Shown one piece after another: positions 62,545-64,000 of a stretch of 64,000 bases of DNA. The position numbers and the translations under genes are program-made. The stretch lies in assembly GCA_963753345.1 (NCBI GenBank), contig CAVWBU010000015.1:64001-128000 (forward strand), written 5' to 3'. The notes under the pieces are model-generated. The model made no database searches. It had not been told where the DNA came from and saw nothing but the letters and a program-made list of their open reading frames with translations. This DNA comes from an uncultured Fibrobacterota bacterium. GTDB taxonomy: Bacteria > Fibrobacterota > Chitinivibrionia > Chitinivibrionales > FEN-1185. Numbering within the stretch: the first letter of the stretch is position 1; each line of letters begins with the position of its first letter.

Positions 62545-64000
62545 ATGGACCTTGTTCTCAAGATCGCATGGCGCAACATCATGCGCCACAGGGGCAAGAG
62601 CCTTGTCATCGGCTTGATGCTGTTCGTGGGTGCATTTATCATGACGGTAGGCAACGGTGTGGTGTCGGGAATGGACGCCGGCCTCAGGAAAACGATTGTC
62701 AACAGCTTCACGGGCGACATCGTCCTTATTTCGGACAAGCAGGAAAGCGACAACGTGTTGGATGTCTGGACCACATTCATGAACAAGCCCGTGGCGCCCG
62801 TTTACAATTACATCGACATTAAGAAAGAACTTGCTCGGCAGCCGTACATAGAACGCATTCTGCCGGCCGGAAAAAACCTTGCCATGGTGCTCAACGAGGA
62901 AGGCGGCATGCCGGGAAGCGCATATCTTGTCGGCATCGATTTCGCGCAATACGGCTCAATGTTTCCGGGCAATATCAACGTGGTTGAAGGCAGGCTTCCT
63001 GATAAAGGGGAACATGGAGCGGTTGTGCCGGTCTGGGCGCGCAAGGAATTCGAGGCCTACACCAGCATGTGGTTCCTTTCCGAAGGCCATACGCTCGACA
63101 CCGCCCTTCTCCCCAAGGAAGTGAAGCCCGACATCCCGTCCCTGTTGCCCAGGACCAGCGCCGTGCTTATGGGGTACAACGAAGACAATTCGACCACGGA
63201 TATCCGGCTCGACATCAAGGGTATCATCGAATACAAGGCGCTCAATTCGCTGTGGGGGAAGTTCGTGATTGTGGACATAGAATCGTATCGTCGTTGCTTC
63301 GGGTACTTTGCCGCGTCGGACAAGGTGGATCTATCGGACGACGAGAAAAGACTTTTTTCCATGAGCAGCGAGAATCTGGACGGTCTGTTCACCGCCGACG
63401 CAGTGACGGCCGGGGACCCCGGCGTTGCGCCGAAGAAGGCTGCACTAACACACCCGAAAGAGGTTGACAAAAAACCCTTAGATCTCGATGCGGGTGCCTA
63501 CAACCTGGTGTTCGTTCTCCTCAAGAAGGGGGAAAATCAGGCGCGGGCGCTTGCACGGCTTAATACGGTCCTCAAGGAGAAAAAGCTTGGCGTTCGCGCC
63601 GTCTCATGGAAGAAGGCGCTTGGCGTGGTGGGAAGCATGGCGACCTTGATAAAGGCAGCCCTGTTCATGTTTGTCATGTTTCTGTTCTTCGTGGTTATCA
63701 TCATCATCGTCAACACCCTGAGCATGGCGGCCATCGAGCGCACCGCCGAAATCGGCATGATGCGCGCCGTGGGCGCGAAAAAAGGCTTCATCTCAATGAT
63801 GTTTCTTGCCGAGACTTCCATGCTGTCGTTTGTGTTCGGCGGTGCAGGCATCATCATCGGCATTGTCGGGGTCAACGTTCTTGCACTGTTCAATATCACC
63901 AGCACAAACGACATGGTCCAGCTTCTGTTCGGCGGCGACACGTTTCATCCGCTGCTCACGGCGCTGGACATTCTGCTGTCCGTTGTCCAGCTGGCCATCG
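62545..64000 (+). CDS. ABC transporter permease (FtsX/MacB-like), 3'-partial
   Basis: MDLVLKIAWRNIMRHRGKS start and in-frame ERTAEIGMMRAVGA; open to the window end. Confidence 0.88.
   Translation, partial: MDLVLKIAWRNIMRHRGKSLVIGLMLFVGAFIMTVGNGVVSGMDAGLRKTIVNSFTGDIVLISDKQESDNVLDVWTTFMNKPVAPVYNYIDIKKELARQPYIERILPAGKNLAMVLNEEGGMPGSAYLVGIDFAQYGSMFPGNINVVEGRLPDKGEHGAVVPVWARKEFEAYTSMWFLSEGHTLDTALLPKEVKPDIPSLLPRTSAVLMGYNEDNSTTDIRLDIKGIIEYKALNSLWGKFVIVDIESYRRCFGYFAASDKVDLSDDEKRLFSMSSENLDGLFTADAVTAGDPGVAPKKAALTHPKEVDKKPLDLDAGAYNLVFVLLKKGENQARALARLNTVLKEKKLGVRAVSWKKALGVVGSMATLIKAALFMFVMFLFFVVIIIIVNTLSMAAIERTAEIGMMRAVGAKKGFISMMFLAETSMLSFVFGGAGIIIGIVGVNVLALFNITSTNDMVQLLFGGDTFHPLLTALDILLSVVQLAI

Overview
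A GC-rich bacterial chromosomal segment, probably Fibrobacterota (Chitinispirillaceae/Chitinivibrionales-like). That assignment is inferred from a PorV/PorQ-type gene, secreted enzymes with T9SS-like C-terminal domains, an alpha2-type GlyRS and GlnRS. Most coding content is housekeeping: tsaB, ddl, glyQS, purC, bioB, carAB, pyrG, purF, ychF, gltX, glnS, nifJ, cmk and rpsA. Also present are an SOS mutagenesis cluster (lexA-dnaE2-ImuB-like-DUF72 plus a convergent dinB), c-di-GMP and two-component genes, two paralogous secreted GH2 proteins, and a small AT-rich island beside an attC-like hairpin. The most striking signal is non-coding. Almost every larger intergenic gap holds a mosaic of dispersed, highly structured repeats: about 17 copies of module A, 8 of module B and 3 of module C, plus linker, tail and GTTGA tandem modules. 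Their hairpins covary between copies and carry C-GNA-G triloops mostly on one strand, which suggests single-stranded DNA function. They mostly occur as back-to-back pairs and are flanked by a strand-asymmetric halo (C-poor on the left, G-poor on the right) that reaches into neighbouring codons. No transposase, integrase, CRISPR array, tRNA or rRNA was recognised. Several single-base insertions (dnaE2, glnS, possibly cmk) look like read errors. All counts and alignments were made by eye.
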